From: Hyaloraphidium curvatum SAG 235-1
Taxonomy: Eukaryota; Fungi; Monoblepharomycota
Length of the DNA stretch: 64,000 nt
Assembly: GCA_025558095.1 (NCBI GenBank)
Contig: JAIVFI010000001.1
Coordinates: 1 to 64,000 of the forward strand
Reading direction: 5' to 3'
Shown here: positions 1-11,550 of the stretch, in pieces
Numbering within the stretch: position 1 is the first letter of the stretch
Layout of the letters: each line of letters starts with the position of its first letter
Translations under genes and position numbers: made by a program
Notes under the pieces: model-generated
What the model was told of the DNA's origin: nothing
Databases searched by the model: none
Seen by the model: the letters and a program-made list of their open reading frames with translations, nothing else

Positions 1-2148
1 GGGCATGTGCGCCAGGTTCTGCAGCGCCTCCGGGACAACCACCTGTACGCGAAGCTCTCCAAGTGTTCGTTCGATGTTACGACCGTCGAGTACGCCGGGT
101 TCATCGTGGGCGACGGCAAGGTCATCATGGACCCCTCCAAGGTCGAGTCCATCACCTCATGGCCCGAGCCTGCGACCCTTCGCCAGCTCCAAAGCTTCCT
201 CGGCTTTGCCAACTTCTACCGCTGCTTCATCAAGGACTACGCGCAGATCACACTTCCGCTCACGGACCTCACTAAGCTCAAGCCGGGCGATCCGTTCCGT
301 TTCACGCCGGAAGCTCGCGCAGCCTTCGATGCGCTCAAATCCGCTTTCACTTCGGCTCCGTTCCTGCGTAACGCCGATCCAGCCGTTCCGTACACAGTTG
401 AGGCAGATGCTTCCGACTTCGCCCTCGGAGCCGTGCTGTCGCAGCCCGCCCCCAACGACGGGCTTATGCATCCCGTGGCGTTTCATTCCCGGAAGTTCCA
501 GCCGGCGGAGATCAACTACCCGATCTACGACAAGGAGCTACTCGCAGTTGTCGACGCGTTCAAGGCGTGGCGGCGATACCTCGAGGGTAGCCCGCATAAA
601 GTCGACGTCTTCACGGACCACAAGAACCTGGAGTACTTCATGAAGCAGCAGATGCTCAATCGCCGTCAGGCTCGATGGGCCATGACCCTCGCGGGCTACG
701 ACTTTGTTTTGAAGCATCGACCCGGCACCGATCAAGTCGTCGCCGACGCGCTTTCTCGCCGCTCCGACTACGTTCCGGGCAACTTCGACGATGTCTCTAC
801 GCAACAGCGCGTCACGCTCCTCGGGCCGCACCTGGTCGCCGCGCTCCACGCGACTTCGTTGGATTTCCTGGACATGATCCGTCGCGATACGGCCAAGGAC
901 CCATTCGCCCGTCGCATTATCGCTCTTCTGGAGGCTCACGACGCGTCCGTTTCTCGTTTCCATCTTCTCGATGGCGTTCTCTACCGCGACGGTCTCATCT
1001 TCGTGCCGGTCGGCAAGTCTTGGACGGAGCTTCTCCGAACCCGTCACGATGCCGTTACTGCCGGCCACTTCGGAATTCGCAAGACTGTGGAGCTCATATT
1101 GCGAGATTTTTGGTGGCCGCGTGTTTGGGACACCGTCGCCCGCTACATTCGGAGCTGCGAGACGTGCACGCGAACCAAGGCCCCGCGCCATGCCCCGCAC
1201 GGCCTTCTCCAGCCACTTCCAATCCCGGACGGACCTTGGCGTTCAATCAGTATAGACTTCGTCACCGACCTGCCCCAGTCCGAGGGATTCGACGCCGTGC
1301 TCGTCGTGGCCGATCGGTCGACCAAGCAGGCTCATTTCGCTGGCGCGCGGAAGGACTTCTCCGCCGACGACACCGCTCGGCTCTTCCTTCGCGAAATATT
1401 CCGCCTCCACGGCTTCCCCTTCGACATCGTCAGCGACCGCGGACCGCAATTCATCGCCAAATTCTGGGAAAGGCTTCTTGGACTCATGGACATCAAGCTT
1501 TACCGCTCCTCGGCCGCGCACCCCGAGTCGGACGGCCAGACGGAGCGCATCAATCAGATTTTGGAGCAGTACCTCCGGACCTACGTCAATTACGCCCAGG
1601 ACGACTGGTTCAATCAGCTCCCGCTCGCCGAGTTCGCGTACAACAACTCGGTGCACGCCAGCATTGGCATGTCGCCTTTCCGCGCCAACTACGGTTACGA
1701 CCCGCGAGCCGACTTTTTAGCACCCGACGCGCCGCGCGTTCCCGCCGCCGAGGAACGCATCCGGGAGCTTCGTGCCCTCCACGACGTCCTTCGCGAGAAC
1801 CTCCAGCGGACCCAGGAACGCTACAAAGACTCCGCAGACGTCAGCCGTGAGGATGCTCCCGTTTTCCGCGTCGGCGACCGTGCTTGGCTATCGGCGCGCA
1901 ATATTCGTACGCGTCGACCGTCTCGCAAGCTCGACGTTCGCTACCTCGGGCCCTACCGCATTAAGGAGCAGATCAATCCCGTTGCGTTTCGATTGGATCT
2001 TCCGCCCACGATGGGCATTCATGACGTTTTTCACGTCTCGCTTCTCGAACCCTATACTCCCTCGGACACCGCCGATTTTCCCGGCCGCGTCGCAGAGACT
2101 CCACCCCCGGACATCATTGAGTACCTCCGCCTCCGCCGCCTAAGGTGA
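1..2148 (+). pseudogene. pol: Upstream duplicate of pol (RT 3' half, RNase H, integrase), truncated before the chromodomain by the duplication junction at 2120/2121
   Basis: ORF 7..2148 matches ORF 2145..5303 up to PPPDII, then reads EYLRLRRLR* in a different frame of the junction sequence. Confidence 0.85.
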
Positions 2149-5020
2149 AGATCGCTAATCTCTCGGCGCGCCAGTTTGTCGCCGAGATGCGTCGCGAGCG
2201 CAAGGACGCACAGATCTTCGTCGCCATGGTCTCCGACCCCGCCGCGCGCGCTGCAAGCGCGGCCGCCGCCGAGCCCACGGTCCCATCGCAGTACGCCGAC
2301 TTCGCGGACGTCTTCGACCCGGACAAGCCTGCATCGTCACTGCCGCCGCATCGTCCCGGTTTCGATTGCGCAATCGAACTCGAAGAAGGGGCAGTCCCTC
2401 CTTCTGGACGTCTCCACGGCCTCTCCGAAGTCGAATCCGAGGCACTCCGGAAGCACATCGAAGAGCTTTCCGCATCGGGGCGTCTCCGCCCTTCGGATTC
2501 TCCGAGCGGGGTTCCAGTCATCTTTGCAAAGAAGAAGGACGGCGGGCTTCGCGTCTGCGAGGATTACCGCGGTCTCAACCGGATCACGAAGCGAGACCGC
2601 TACCCGATCCCGCTCATTTCCGACCTTCTGGACCGCCTCTCCCGTGCCAAGATCTTCACCAAGCTGGATCTCCGCGAAGCCTACCGTCAGATTCGCGTCC
2701 GCGAAGGAGACGAGTGGAAAACGGCTTTCCGCACCCGCTACGGCCAGTTCGAGTACCTCGTCATGCCCATGGGCCTCATGAATGCGCCGGCCATCTTCCA
2801 GCGCTTCATGCACAGCATCTTCCATGACGTACTCGACATCTTCGTCGCGATCTACCTCGACGACATCTTGATCTTCTCAGAGAACGAAGCCGATCACGCG
2901 GGGCATGTGCGCCAGGTTCTGCAGCGCCTCCGGGACAACCACCTGTACGCGAAGCTCTCCAAGTGTTCGTTCGATGTTACGACCGTCGAGTACGCCGGGT
3001 TCATCGTGGGCGACGGCAAGGTCATCATGGACCCCTCCAAGGTCGAGTCCATCACCTCATGGCCCGAGCCTGCGACCCTTCGCCAGCTCCAAAGCTTCCT
3101 CGGCTTTGCCAACTTCTACCGCTGCTTCATCAAGGACTACGCGCAGATCACACTTCCGCTCACGGACCTCACTAAGCTCAAGCCGGGCGATCCGTTCCGT
3201 TTCACGCCGGAAGCTCGCGCAGCCTTCGATGCGCTCAAATCCGCTTTCACTTCGGCTCCGTTCCTGCGTAACGCCGATCCAGCCGTTCCGTACACAGTTG
3301 AGGCAGATGCTTCCGACTTCGCCCTCGGAGCCGTGCTGTCGCAGCCCGCCCCCAACGACGGGCTTATGCATCCCGTGGCGTTTCATTCCCGGAAGTTCCA
3401 GCCGGCGGAGATCAACTACCCGATCTACGACAAGGAGCTACTCGCAGTTGTCGACGCGTTCAAGGCGTGGCGGCGATACCTCGAGGGTAGCCCGCATAAA
3501 GTCGACGTCTTCACGGACCACAAGAACCTGGAGTACTTCATGAAGCAGCAGATGCTCAATCGCCGTCAGGCTCGATGGGCCATGACCCTCGCGGGCTACG
3601 ACTTTGTTTTGAAGCATCGACCCGGCACCGATCAAGTCGTCGCCGACGCGCTTTCTCGCCGCTCCGACTACGTTCCGGGCAACTTCGACGATGTCTCTAC
3701 GCAACAGCGCGTCACGCTCCTCGGGCCGCACCTGGTCGCCGCGCTCCACGCGACTTCGTTGGATTTCCTGGACATGATCCGTCGCGATACGGCCAAGGAC
3801 CCATTCGCCCGTCGCATTATCGCTCTTCTGGAGGCTCACGACGCGTCCGTTTCTCGTTTCCATCTTCTCGATGGCGTTCTCTACCGCGACGGTCTCATCT
3901 TCGTGCCGGTCGGCAAGTCTTGGACGGAGCTTCTCCGAACCCGTCACGATGCCGTTACTGCCGGCCACTTCGGAATTCGCAAGACTGTGGAGCTCATATT
4001 GCGAGATTTTTGGTGGCCGCGTGTTTGGGACACCGTCGCCCGCTACATTCGGAGCTGCGAGACGTGCACGCGAACCAAGGCCCCGCGCCATGCCCCGCAC
4101 GGCCTTCTCCAGCCACTTCCAATCCCGGACGGACCTTGGCGTTCAATCAGTATAGACTTCGTCACCGACCTGCCCCAGTCCGAGGGATTCGACGCCGTGC
4201 TCGTCGTGGCCGATCGGTCGACCAAGCAGGCTCATTTCGCTGGCGCGCGGAAGGACTTCTCCGCCGACGACACCGCTCGGCTCTTCCTTCGCGAAATATT
4301 CCGCCTCCACGGCTTCCCCTTCGACATCGTCAGCGACCGCGGACCGCAATTCATCGCCAAATTCTGGGAAAGGCTTCTTGGACTCATGGACATCAAGCTT
4401 TACCGCTCCTCGGCCGCGCACCCCGAGTCGGACGGCCAGACGGAGCGCATCAATCAGATTTTGGAGCAGTACCTCCGGACCTACGTCAATTACGCCCAGG
4501 ACGACTGGTTCAATCAGCTCCCGCTCGCCGAGTTCGCGTACAACAACTCGGTGCACGCCAGCATTGGCATGTCGCCTTTCCGCGCCAACTACGGTTACGA
4601 CCCGCGAGCCGACTTTTTAGCACCCGACGCGCCGCGCGTTCCCGCCGCCGAGGAACGCATCCGGGAGCTTCGTGCCCTCCACGACGTCCTTCGCGAGAAC
4701 CTCCAGCGGACCCAGGAACGCTACAAAGACTCCGCAGACGTCAGCCGTGAGGATGCTCCCGTTTTCCGCGTCGGCGACCGTGCTTGGCTATCGGCGCGCA
4801 ATATTCGTACGCGTCGACCGTCTCGCAAGCTCGACGTTCGCTACCTCGGGCCCTACCGCATTAAGGAGCAGATCAATCCCGTTGCGTTTCGATTGGATCT
4901 TCCGCCCACGATGGGCATTCATGACGTTTTTCACGTCTCGCTTCTCGAACCCTATACTCCCTCGGACACCGCCGATTTTCCCGGCCGCGTCGCAGAGACT
5001 CCACCCCCGGACATCATTGA
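1..5020 (+). repeat. Direct tandem repeat, period 2900 bp (1-2120 equals 2901-5020)
   Basis: ORF track is identical at +2900 offsets in all frames; no differences seen by eye. Confidence 0.95.
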
Positions 5021-5303
5021 CGGCGAACCCGAGTACGAGGTTAACCAGATCCTGGATTCCCGCCGATTCCGCAATCACTTGCAGTACTTGGTGGACTGGA
5101 AGGACTTTCCTCCATCGGAGCGCTCATGGGAACCGTGGGAGCACCTCCAGCACGCCCCCGACGCCGTTGCCGACTTTCACCGCCGCTTTCCGGACAAGCC
5201 GGGTCCTACGCGGCGGTTGGGGGGGGGTGATGTAACGCGCCGGCGTCGGGGCAAGGGGGACGGTGGTCCCCGGCGAGGGAAGACTAGGCGCAGTGCTGTG
5301 TAG
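2121..5303 (+). CDS. pol: Pol polyprotein segment RT-RNaseH-IN-chromodomain (no Gag/protease in this copy; begins in the PR-RT linker VPPPPPPKVKI)
   Basis: Uninterrupted 1052-aa frame with KLDLREAY, YLDDIL, HD..TAGHFG/CETC, SIDFV, SDRGPQF, GQTERIN, LGPYRI and EYEVNQILDSR..YLVDWKDF..SWEPWEHL; stop lies inside the LTR. Confidence 0.9.
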   Translation, partial: VPPPPPPKVKIANLSARQFVAEMRRERKDAQIFVAMVSDPAARAASAAAAEPTVPSQYADFADVFDPDKPASSLPPHRPGFDCAIELEEGAVPPSGRLHGLSEVESEALRKHIEELSASGRLRPSDSPSGVPVIFAKKKDGGLRVCEDYRGLNRITKRDRYPIPLISDLLDRLSRAKIFTKLDLREAYRQIRVREGDEWKTAFRTRYGQFEYLVMPMGLMNAPAIFQRFMHSIFHDVLDIFVAIYLDDILIFSENEADHAGHVRQVLQRLRDNHLYAKLSKCSFDVTTVEYAGFIVGDGKVIMDPSKVESITSWPEPATLRQLQSFLGFANFYRCFIKDYAQITLPLTDLTKLKPGDPFRFTPEARAAFDALKSAFTSAPFLRNADPAVPYTVEADASDFALGAVLSQPAPNDGLMHPVAFHSRKFQPAEINYPIYDKELLAVVDAFKAWRRYLEGSPHKVDVFTDHKNLEYFMKQQMLNRRQARWAMTLAGYDFVLKHRPGTDQVVADALSRRSDYVPGNFDDVSTQQRVTLLGPHLVAALHATSLDFLDMIRRDTAKDPFARRIIALLEAHDASVSRFHLLDGVLYRDGLIFVPVGKSWTELLRTRHDAVTAGHFGIRKTVELILRDFWWPRVWDTVARYIRSCETCTRTKAPRHAPHGLLQPLPIPDGPWRSISIDFVTDLPQSEGFDAVLVVADRSTKQAHFAGARKDFSADDTARLFLREIFRLHGFPFDIVSDRGPQFIAKFWERLLGLMDIKLYRSSAAHPESDGQTERINQILEQYLRTYVNYAQDDWFNQLPLAEFAYNNSVHASIGMSPFRANYGYDPRADFLAPDAPRVPAAEERIRELRALHDVLRENLQRTQERYKDSADVSREDAPVFRVGDRAWLSARNIRTRRPSRKLDVRYLGPYRIKEQINPVAFRLDLPPTMGIHDVFHVSLLEPYTPSDTADFPGRVAETPPPDIIDGEPEYEVNQILDSRRFRNHLQYLVDWKDFPPSERSWEPWEHLQHAPDAVADFHRRFPDKPGPTRRLGGGDVTRRRRGKGDGGPRRGKTRRSAV

Positions 5304-5361
5304 TGACTCCTCAACGTCGTCAACACAGGTCTTTACGGGTCCCCCGCGCCCCGTCCTGACA
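5231..5361 (+). repeat. Putative 3' LTR (about 131 bp) preceded by a polypurine tract (about 5216-5230)
   Basis: GGTTGGGGGGGGGTGA is followed immediately by TGTAACG; candidate end GTCCTGACA forms an imperfect inverted terminus; the 3' end is uncertain without the 5' LTR. Confidence 0.6.
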
Positions 5362-5367
5362 GTCCCC

Positions 5368-5665
5368 ATGTCGAGGCTGCTGGCCGTCCTCACGCCGCCG
5401 GAGCTCAGGGAGGAGTACCTGCGGACGATCCTGAAGACGGACCCGGAATCGTGGGACGCCGAGCTCCGGGCCCGCCGAGGGGACGGGGAACCCGGAGCGA
5501 CCGAGTGCGACCGGTGCGGGCCGGAACCCGCGGACCGGCAGGAGGTGAAGCGGTGCGCACGTTGCCGCCTGGCATGGTACTGCTCGAAGGAGTGCGAGCG
5601 CGAAGCTTCCGGCCCACAAGGCAGCTGGCTGCGCGGAAATCGGGGCGGAGTTGGGGGGCAGCTGA
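5368..5665 (+). pseudogene. MYND zinc-finger gene fragment, frameshifted
   Basis: CDRC...KRCARCRLAWYCSKECEREA, then PAHKAAGC in another frame (expected Trp codon short by 2 nt near 5607). Confidence 0.7.
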
Positions 5666-5917
5666 TATATACACAACGTGCCGTTCGGGGAAAGCGGCGT
5701 TGGAGTCGCGTTGACACGGAGCAGTGCAACGTAGCGACACCTGCACTCCGATGCCGGCTGGGTTCGACTGATTCCCGAAGGCAAACCGAGCTACTCGCCC
5801 TGCCGCACTAGCTGACTTGTCTGGCGATGAGGGAGGGACGATCGGCGCGTCTGCCGATCGCTGCGGCTAAACCTTTCCGTCATCGAGCCCCGCGGATTTC
5901 CCGCCCCCGCCCTTGCG

Positions 5918-8900
5918 ATGGCGACCCCGGGCGCGCCGCCGGGGTTCGGCTGGCGGCCCGACGGGGCGGGGCACGGCGAGTGGTGGCCTCCCGGAGGGGG
6001 CGGGCACGGCGGGCACGGAGGACAGGGGACCGGCCAGGCGACCGGGCACAGGACCGGCCAGGGGTGGTGGGCTCCCGAGGGCGGGGCGGGCGGGGCGGGC
6101 GGGCCGGACGCTGGCTGGGCAGCCCACGCGGCAGGAGCGTGGGGAGCACCGGGGGCGGGACTGCCCGGCGCCGGGCAGCCCGTGCCGGCGGGGGGGCCGC
6201 CGCCCGCGGGGCGAGCCCGGCCGACGCCGCCCTCCCGCGAGGCGAGCCCCGCCACCTCGGGCGACGGCGGCCCCGCCCCGGGCGACCGGCCCGGCCTGCC
6301 AAGGGGCCGCGTGCGCGTGTCAAAGGCCTGCGACAACTGCAACCGCCGCCGCCGCCGCTGCTCCGCCGAGCTGCCGGCCTGCGCCCGCTGTGTCGAGCGC
6401 GGGCTCGAGTGCGTCTACACGGACTCGGGCAAGAAGCGGGGCCCGCCGCCCAGCGCGCCCAGGGACGGCGACGGGGCCAAGCGGAGGAAGAAGGCCGTCC
6501 CGGCGGTCCCTGCCGTCGCTGCTGGCCCTGCTGGCGGGCAATCTGCATTGGAGAGGGAGCCTTGGGGGGCGCAGCAACCGGCCCCGGTCGGCGGCGCCCA
6601 GCTGCTGCCGTTCGTCGCCGGCCTCTACAGCGGGCAGCAGCCCGGCCACCAGGATGGCTTCCCGCCGGCGGGCCGAACCCCGGCCGCACACCAGCACCCC
6701 GCGTACCCGTTCAACGAGACCGCCCTCCCCATGGGCTCGATGACCTCGGCGGGGCTGGCTTCGGCGGGGCTCGCGGCGGCCGCGACGCTCTCGTTCGCGG
6801 CGCACCTCCGCGCGGGCGGTGGCATTCCCTTCACGGCGCCTGCGGACCCGCGCCAGGCGTTTTCGCCGACCGCGCCGTTCGGCCCCTCGGCGACCCTGGG
6901 CGGCGGCCTGGCCGCGTTCGACGGCCCCTCCCCGCCGCGCCTGCCCGCCACACCTCCCCTGGACGGCAACGACCCCGATGTCTCGTTCCTCGGCCCCGGC
7001 TCCGGCACTGCGGCCCGCGTGGCGATGGTACCGGCCGCCGCCCGCAGCCCCAACATGGCCATCTCGGCCCTGCTCTCGGACTACTTCGACCCGCTCCCGT
7101 CGCGCCCCGCCTCGCGCGGCGCGTCCGTCTCGACCGCCTTTTCCGCCCACGCCGACGACCTCGCCTTTTCCCCCTTCACCCTCGCCGGTGCCGCCTCGGC
7201 GTCGGGCGACCTCCCCGCCGCCCCCGCGTCCGACCTCACCCTCGCCCCCCCGCTCCTCACCCCGCACTTTGCCCCGTCCCTGTTCGCGGATCTCCCCCCG
7301 CTTCCGCCCCCCTCCACCGTCGCCGAGATCTTTGCGCACTACCTCGAACGCGTCAACCCGCTCCTGGACTACCCCCTCCACCCGCCCACCTTCTCCCCTC
7401 CCCCGCCCCTCCTGCTGTACGCCCTCCTCGCGTACACCTGCCCCTTCCTCCCCGTCTCCACCCCGCGCGCGCGGCAATCCCTCTCCCTCCTCTTCTTCCG
7501 GCGCGCGCAGCGCCTCCTCCAACCGGTCCTCGGCCAGCTGCGCTCGCGCCGCCCGACGCCCGACGAGGAGGCCGCGGTGCTGGTGATGGCGCTCGCGGCC
7601 GGCACGGCAGCGCAGAGCTCCGTGCTCTCGTACAAGCTCGGCGGGTTCCTCGCCTCGTGCGTGGGCGCGTGGGGGGTCGGGGATCCCGACGGCGGGCGCG
7701 AGACCCCGGCCGGGGAACGCGCGCTGGCTGCCGCCGAGGAGGGCGGGGAGGTGCCGCCCGGCACGGTGCTCCGCCGCGAGCGCCGCCGCAGGGTGGTGTG
7801 GATGCTCTTGCGCAGCGAGTGCTACGGCGCCGCCGCCGTGCCCGATCCGGACATGTTCCCCGGCGGGCTCGGGGAGGACGCGGTGAGGGGGTTCCTGCTC
7901 CCGTGCGCTGGGGACCTGTTTGCGCGGGCAGGTACGGCGGGGGAGGTGGTCGCCGGGCTCGATTGGACGGGGGGGGAGGTGCTCGACGGCACGGGAGCGG
8001 GGGCGCAGGGGGACACTAGGTACTGGCGCGCGAGAATGTACGTGCTGCTGGGGCGGATCGTCGACTTCCACAAGGTGGGTTGCACGTGCGTTGTGGTTTC
8101 ACCCGATGCTGACCGGCGTTCCCTCCCCCTCGCGTAGTTCTGCCTGGAGGCGCACACGGACCCCTTCACCCCGCTCCCCGCCACGCACCCCCTCCTCCCC
8201 ACCATCCGCGCGAGGGTGTCGGGGTTCCACGCCTCGCTCGCCGAGTTCCCCGCCGCGCTGCCCGCGCCCGGCCCCACCCCCGCCGGGATCTGGCTCCGCG
8301 TGATGTACCACCTCGCCCACGTGGTGCTGCACTCCCCCCGCCGCGGCGCCGCGATGGACCCCTCGGTCCTGCTCGGCCACGCGACGTGGCTGGCCAGCCC
8401 GAGCTTCGGCATCGCCGCCGGCCACGCCCGCTCCGCCGCCGAACTGCTCTCCCGCCTCGATGCTGCGGATCCCGAGCGGGAGCACTCGGACCCCGCGCAC
8501 ATGGGCTGGGCGCAGATGGTCGGCGTGCTGTGCTACGTCCGCGCTTCCGTCGCCCTGCGGCGGGGGGAGCACGGCGAGGCGCGGGACGCGGCCGAGGGGC
8601 TGGCGCGGGCGAGGGGCCACCAGGCGCTCGTGGGGCGGAGGTGGCGGATGGCGGCGCAGATGGCCGTGTTTCTGGAGAAGCTCGAGGAGGCGCTCGCTGC
8701 GCAGGCCCCGGGGGACGGGGGCGAGGTGCCCGTCGTGTGGACGCGCGAGGGGCTGCTGCTGGGCGGGGACAGGCACGTGATGCTGTGGGACGACGCGGTG
8801 GATTTCGGGCAGGGGCCGGGGGACGACGGGGCGCTGGATTCGGTCGGGGCGCCGCACGAGGCGGGGGACGGCGGGGCGGATGGCGGCCCGGGAGGGGCAG

Positions 8901-8956
8901 AGGGGAGTCCCGGGGCCAGCGGGGGGTCGGCGTGGACGCCGGTTGGGGGGCGGTAG
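5918..8956 (+). CDS. Zn(II)2Cys6 transcription factor with fungal middle-homology region; exons 5918-8074 and 8138-8956
   Basis: ACDNCNRRRRRCSAELPACARCVERGLEC; IFAHYLERVNPLL; RRERRRRVVWML; intron GTGGGT..GCTGAC..TAG joins in frame to ORF 8216..8956. Confidence 0.9.
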
Positions 8957-9153
8957 CTTTGTTGCAGGTCGATCTGGAGTCGATACCTGGGAATGTCCTT
9001 GAACCGCTACTCGATCCCTTGCTGAGTGGCTGCCTGCGCGGGTGATGGCGTGAAGTGATGTATCGGGGGTGGAGGGTGCTGAGCGCCTCTGATAGAGATC
9101 TGATGAGCTGGCGGTCACCGCAATTCCCACCCTCGCCCGCGCGCATAGCAACG

Positions 9154-10106
9154 ATGGCGCAGGATCCCAGCGACGCGGTCCTAGGTCGCGACATTCCCTC
9201 CATCGGATTCGTGATCTGCGAGACCCCGCCGGGCGGCGCGACTCGCGTGCCGACAGAATTGCTGCGGGTGGGCGCTACCATCCTTTCCGACCCCCAAAGC
9301 CATGCCGCTTTCCGCCGCTTCGAAACCCTGTTCGGAAATGCGTCTCGGATTTCGGCCCAGGTGTGCCTGGCCTTCCTCGCGTACTGTTCGCGGATCGGGC
9401 TTCCGCCGGACGACTACTGGATCGAAGCCGCCAAGGCGTTCGCGGTCGCCGTTTGGCGTTCGCAGGACACCGAGCCCGGCTCGCGCACCAGCTTCGTGAC
9501 GGAGATGTCGGATGTGCCGGGGTTCTGCACGTTCATCGCCGAAATCGAGGGGAAGCTGCTCGGCCCCGCGCTTTCGGAAAGCGTGCGGCTTCAGGGGGAC
9601 TCGACCAGGGAGTCCGAAAAGCATGCATTCGTCTCGACGGGACTCTTTGTGCTCGAGGACATCGCGCTCGACGTGCACGAAAGGCACGTGGCGGCCGAGG
9701 ACACACCGCCCGAGGGCAGCAGCCCCTTCTTCCGCACGCCGTGCCTGATCTGCGGCGCCCGCACGACGAGGCTTTCCACCGTGTACCTCCTGAGCCGGAA
9801 GGAAGGCGGCGGACGGCCCATTTTCAGCTTCTTCGCGATGGCCACGGGAGCCATGTGCGGCTCGCCCCCGTGCCCGCCCGAGGCCCAGAAGGTGCTGCGG
9901 GCGGTGCTGAGGGCAAAGACCGCGGGGAGACCCCCCCGGCCGCGACGTTGTCGGCTGCTCGTTCTCCAGGGCGGTCGGGAAAAGGGGATCCACGAAGAGG
10001 TGCGGGAGGTGCAGAAGGACGACGTACTGCTCGCAGGCGTGCCAGAGGGCGGACTGGCGTGGACCACAGGGAGCTGTGCCACCAGGAGGGCGGGGAGGGT
10101 GCTTAG
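9154..10106 (+). pseudogene. MYND zinc-finger protein with two apparent frameshifts near the 3' end
   Basis: Long ORF from ATG 9154; KRCGRCRRTTYCSQACQRADW in a second frame (about 9990-10060); HRELC in a third frame. Confidence 0.7.
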
Positions 10107-10190
10107 CGACGGCTTAGTTTCCATTCGTACTTGGCCTTGCGACGCAAAATGGCCAGAGTACATCGTTGTCCATCTGCGCGCTGTGCCTGC

Positions 10191-10396
10191 TGTGACAGTA
10201 CCAGTAATGGGATTACTGGGACCGTCCGCCGGGTCGCTTCCCGACGACATAGAGGTTGTTCCCCGACGAGATAGAGGTTGTAATCGTCGACACTGCCGTC
10301 GTGCTGCGGCGCTACCGTACATAGAAGGAGATCTCCAGGCCGTACTGCCAGTATCGTCCTAAACGTCATCTGGCAGCCCGTACTGGGACTGCTACA
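10191..10396. mobile_element. Possible solo LTR / small TG..CA element (206 bp)
   Basis: Left end TGTGACAGTACCAGTA vs reverse complement of right end TGTAGCAGTCCCAGTA; flanks CTGC/GTGC (one mismatch); lower GC than flanks; internal hairpin and 21-22 bp direct repeat. Confidence 0.45.
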
Positions 10397-10427
10397 GTGC
10401 GAAACCGAAATACACGTCAGTTGGCGC

Positions 10428-10490
10428 GTCCGTCCGCATGACGGTCCGCACGTACTCCTCCTTGTGCTCGGCGGGCGTGAGCATGGCGAT
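10428..10490 (-). pseudogene. Relic paralogous to the N-terminal motif of the 5368 MYND fragment
   Basis: IAMLTPAEHKEEYVRTVMRTD vs LAVLTPPELREEYLRTILKTD (12/21 identical, the rest mostly conservative). Confidence 0.55.
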
Positions 10491-11119
10491 GCAGGGGAAT
10501 GACGTTGTTGGTGTCGAACGCTTCACATGCGACACATGCCAGCCGACTCCTTCTCCCTGGCCTCTCGGAGGATTCGCCGCCTCCGGAGCTTGCTCCGACC
10601 GTCCGTTTCGCCCAAGTCGTCCGGGGATTTCAAGTAGCTCGCGGACGGCAAGTACAGAGGGGACAACCAGTACAGGTGCTGAACTGTAGAAGAATGGCGC
10701 GCCGCGGGGCCGAGCCCTACGGGCGGCGACGCCGCTCAGGTGCGAGTGTGGGCTCGCGGGCCGCGGATCGGGGTTCCAGGAAAGGACTTCGGTTGTTGAA
10801 CTCCGCGCCAATACACCGCGAATATGTATCCGTTGCGGCCCGAGCGCGGCCACGGTCCAATCTGGCCCGTGCTCGTGGCCCGTGCCCATGGTCCAAGCCC
10901 ATGAAGCCACAATCCAACTCCGCATCCGATGACGCCGCGTGGGCGAGGGCGTCCCATCTCCAACATGAACAAAGGCCGAGTGCGTCTTTGTGTGATCCTT
11001 GACGAAGACGATCTTCGCGGGTGGTGACGGCGGCGTCTTCTGCTGCACCGGCGGCGGGATGGGCGGCTTCCTGCTGTCCGGCGTCGTGAACGCGAGCGGC
11101 GTGTTTTGCCGCGCCGTCC

Positions 11120-11550
11120 CTGATCAGCCGCTGCAGGTCCAGCGGTGCGAAGAAGGGGTGGCACAGGACCGCCTGCCAGCCTGCGGGCGCGTTCGCGGCG
11201 GTGAGCTCCGCGGGCAGGAGCGCGGGGCGCGAGCCACGCACCCTGCCGCCTGCTCCGGTCGCGGCTGGATCTTCCGAGCCGCTTCCGCGGGTCCGGGTGC
11301 AGCAGGTTCGGCAGCAGCAGGTCGCTCGCCTCGGCGGACAGCCCCGCGGCGTCCCACCGGTCCCGTCCATGACCTCCTTGAACTCCGGCACGCTGTCGAT
11401 CCGGGATTCCCAGAACCGGTGGACCTTCATGGCGCTGCTGGGCAGCTTGAAGGGCCCGTTGATGTCGTTTTCGGCGACTTCGTTCGGGGTCGGAGCCCGT
11501 GTGAGTAGACCGCACGCGACAACTCGGAAGGAGAACCAGTCGGATGCGCG
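11120..11550 (-). pseudogene. Degenerate Ser/Thr protein kinase C-lobe fragment (AGC-like)
   Basis: DWFSF.VV..GLLT (subdomain IX-like), LSAEASDLL..LLHPDPRKRLG and VLCHPFF..LD distributed across two frames. Confidence 0.6.

Larger units (their letters stand above)
1..5361 (+). mobile_element. Ty3/gypsy chromovirus LTR retrotransposon, 3' portion (5' part lies outside the window), with internal tandem duplication
   Basis: RT (YLDD), RNase H (DASDFALGAVL), integrase (HHCC zinc finger, DDE, GPY), chromodomain, polypurine tract and TG-start LTR in gypsy order. Confidence 0.95.

Noticed and set aside
2145-2148. GTGA stop/start overlap as translational coupling between pol copies
   Set aside because: GTG is an internal Val of the linker; the overlap is an accident of the duplication junction
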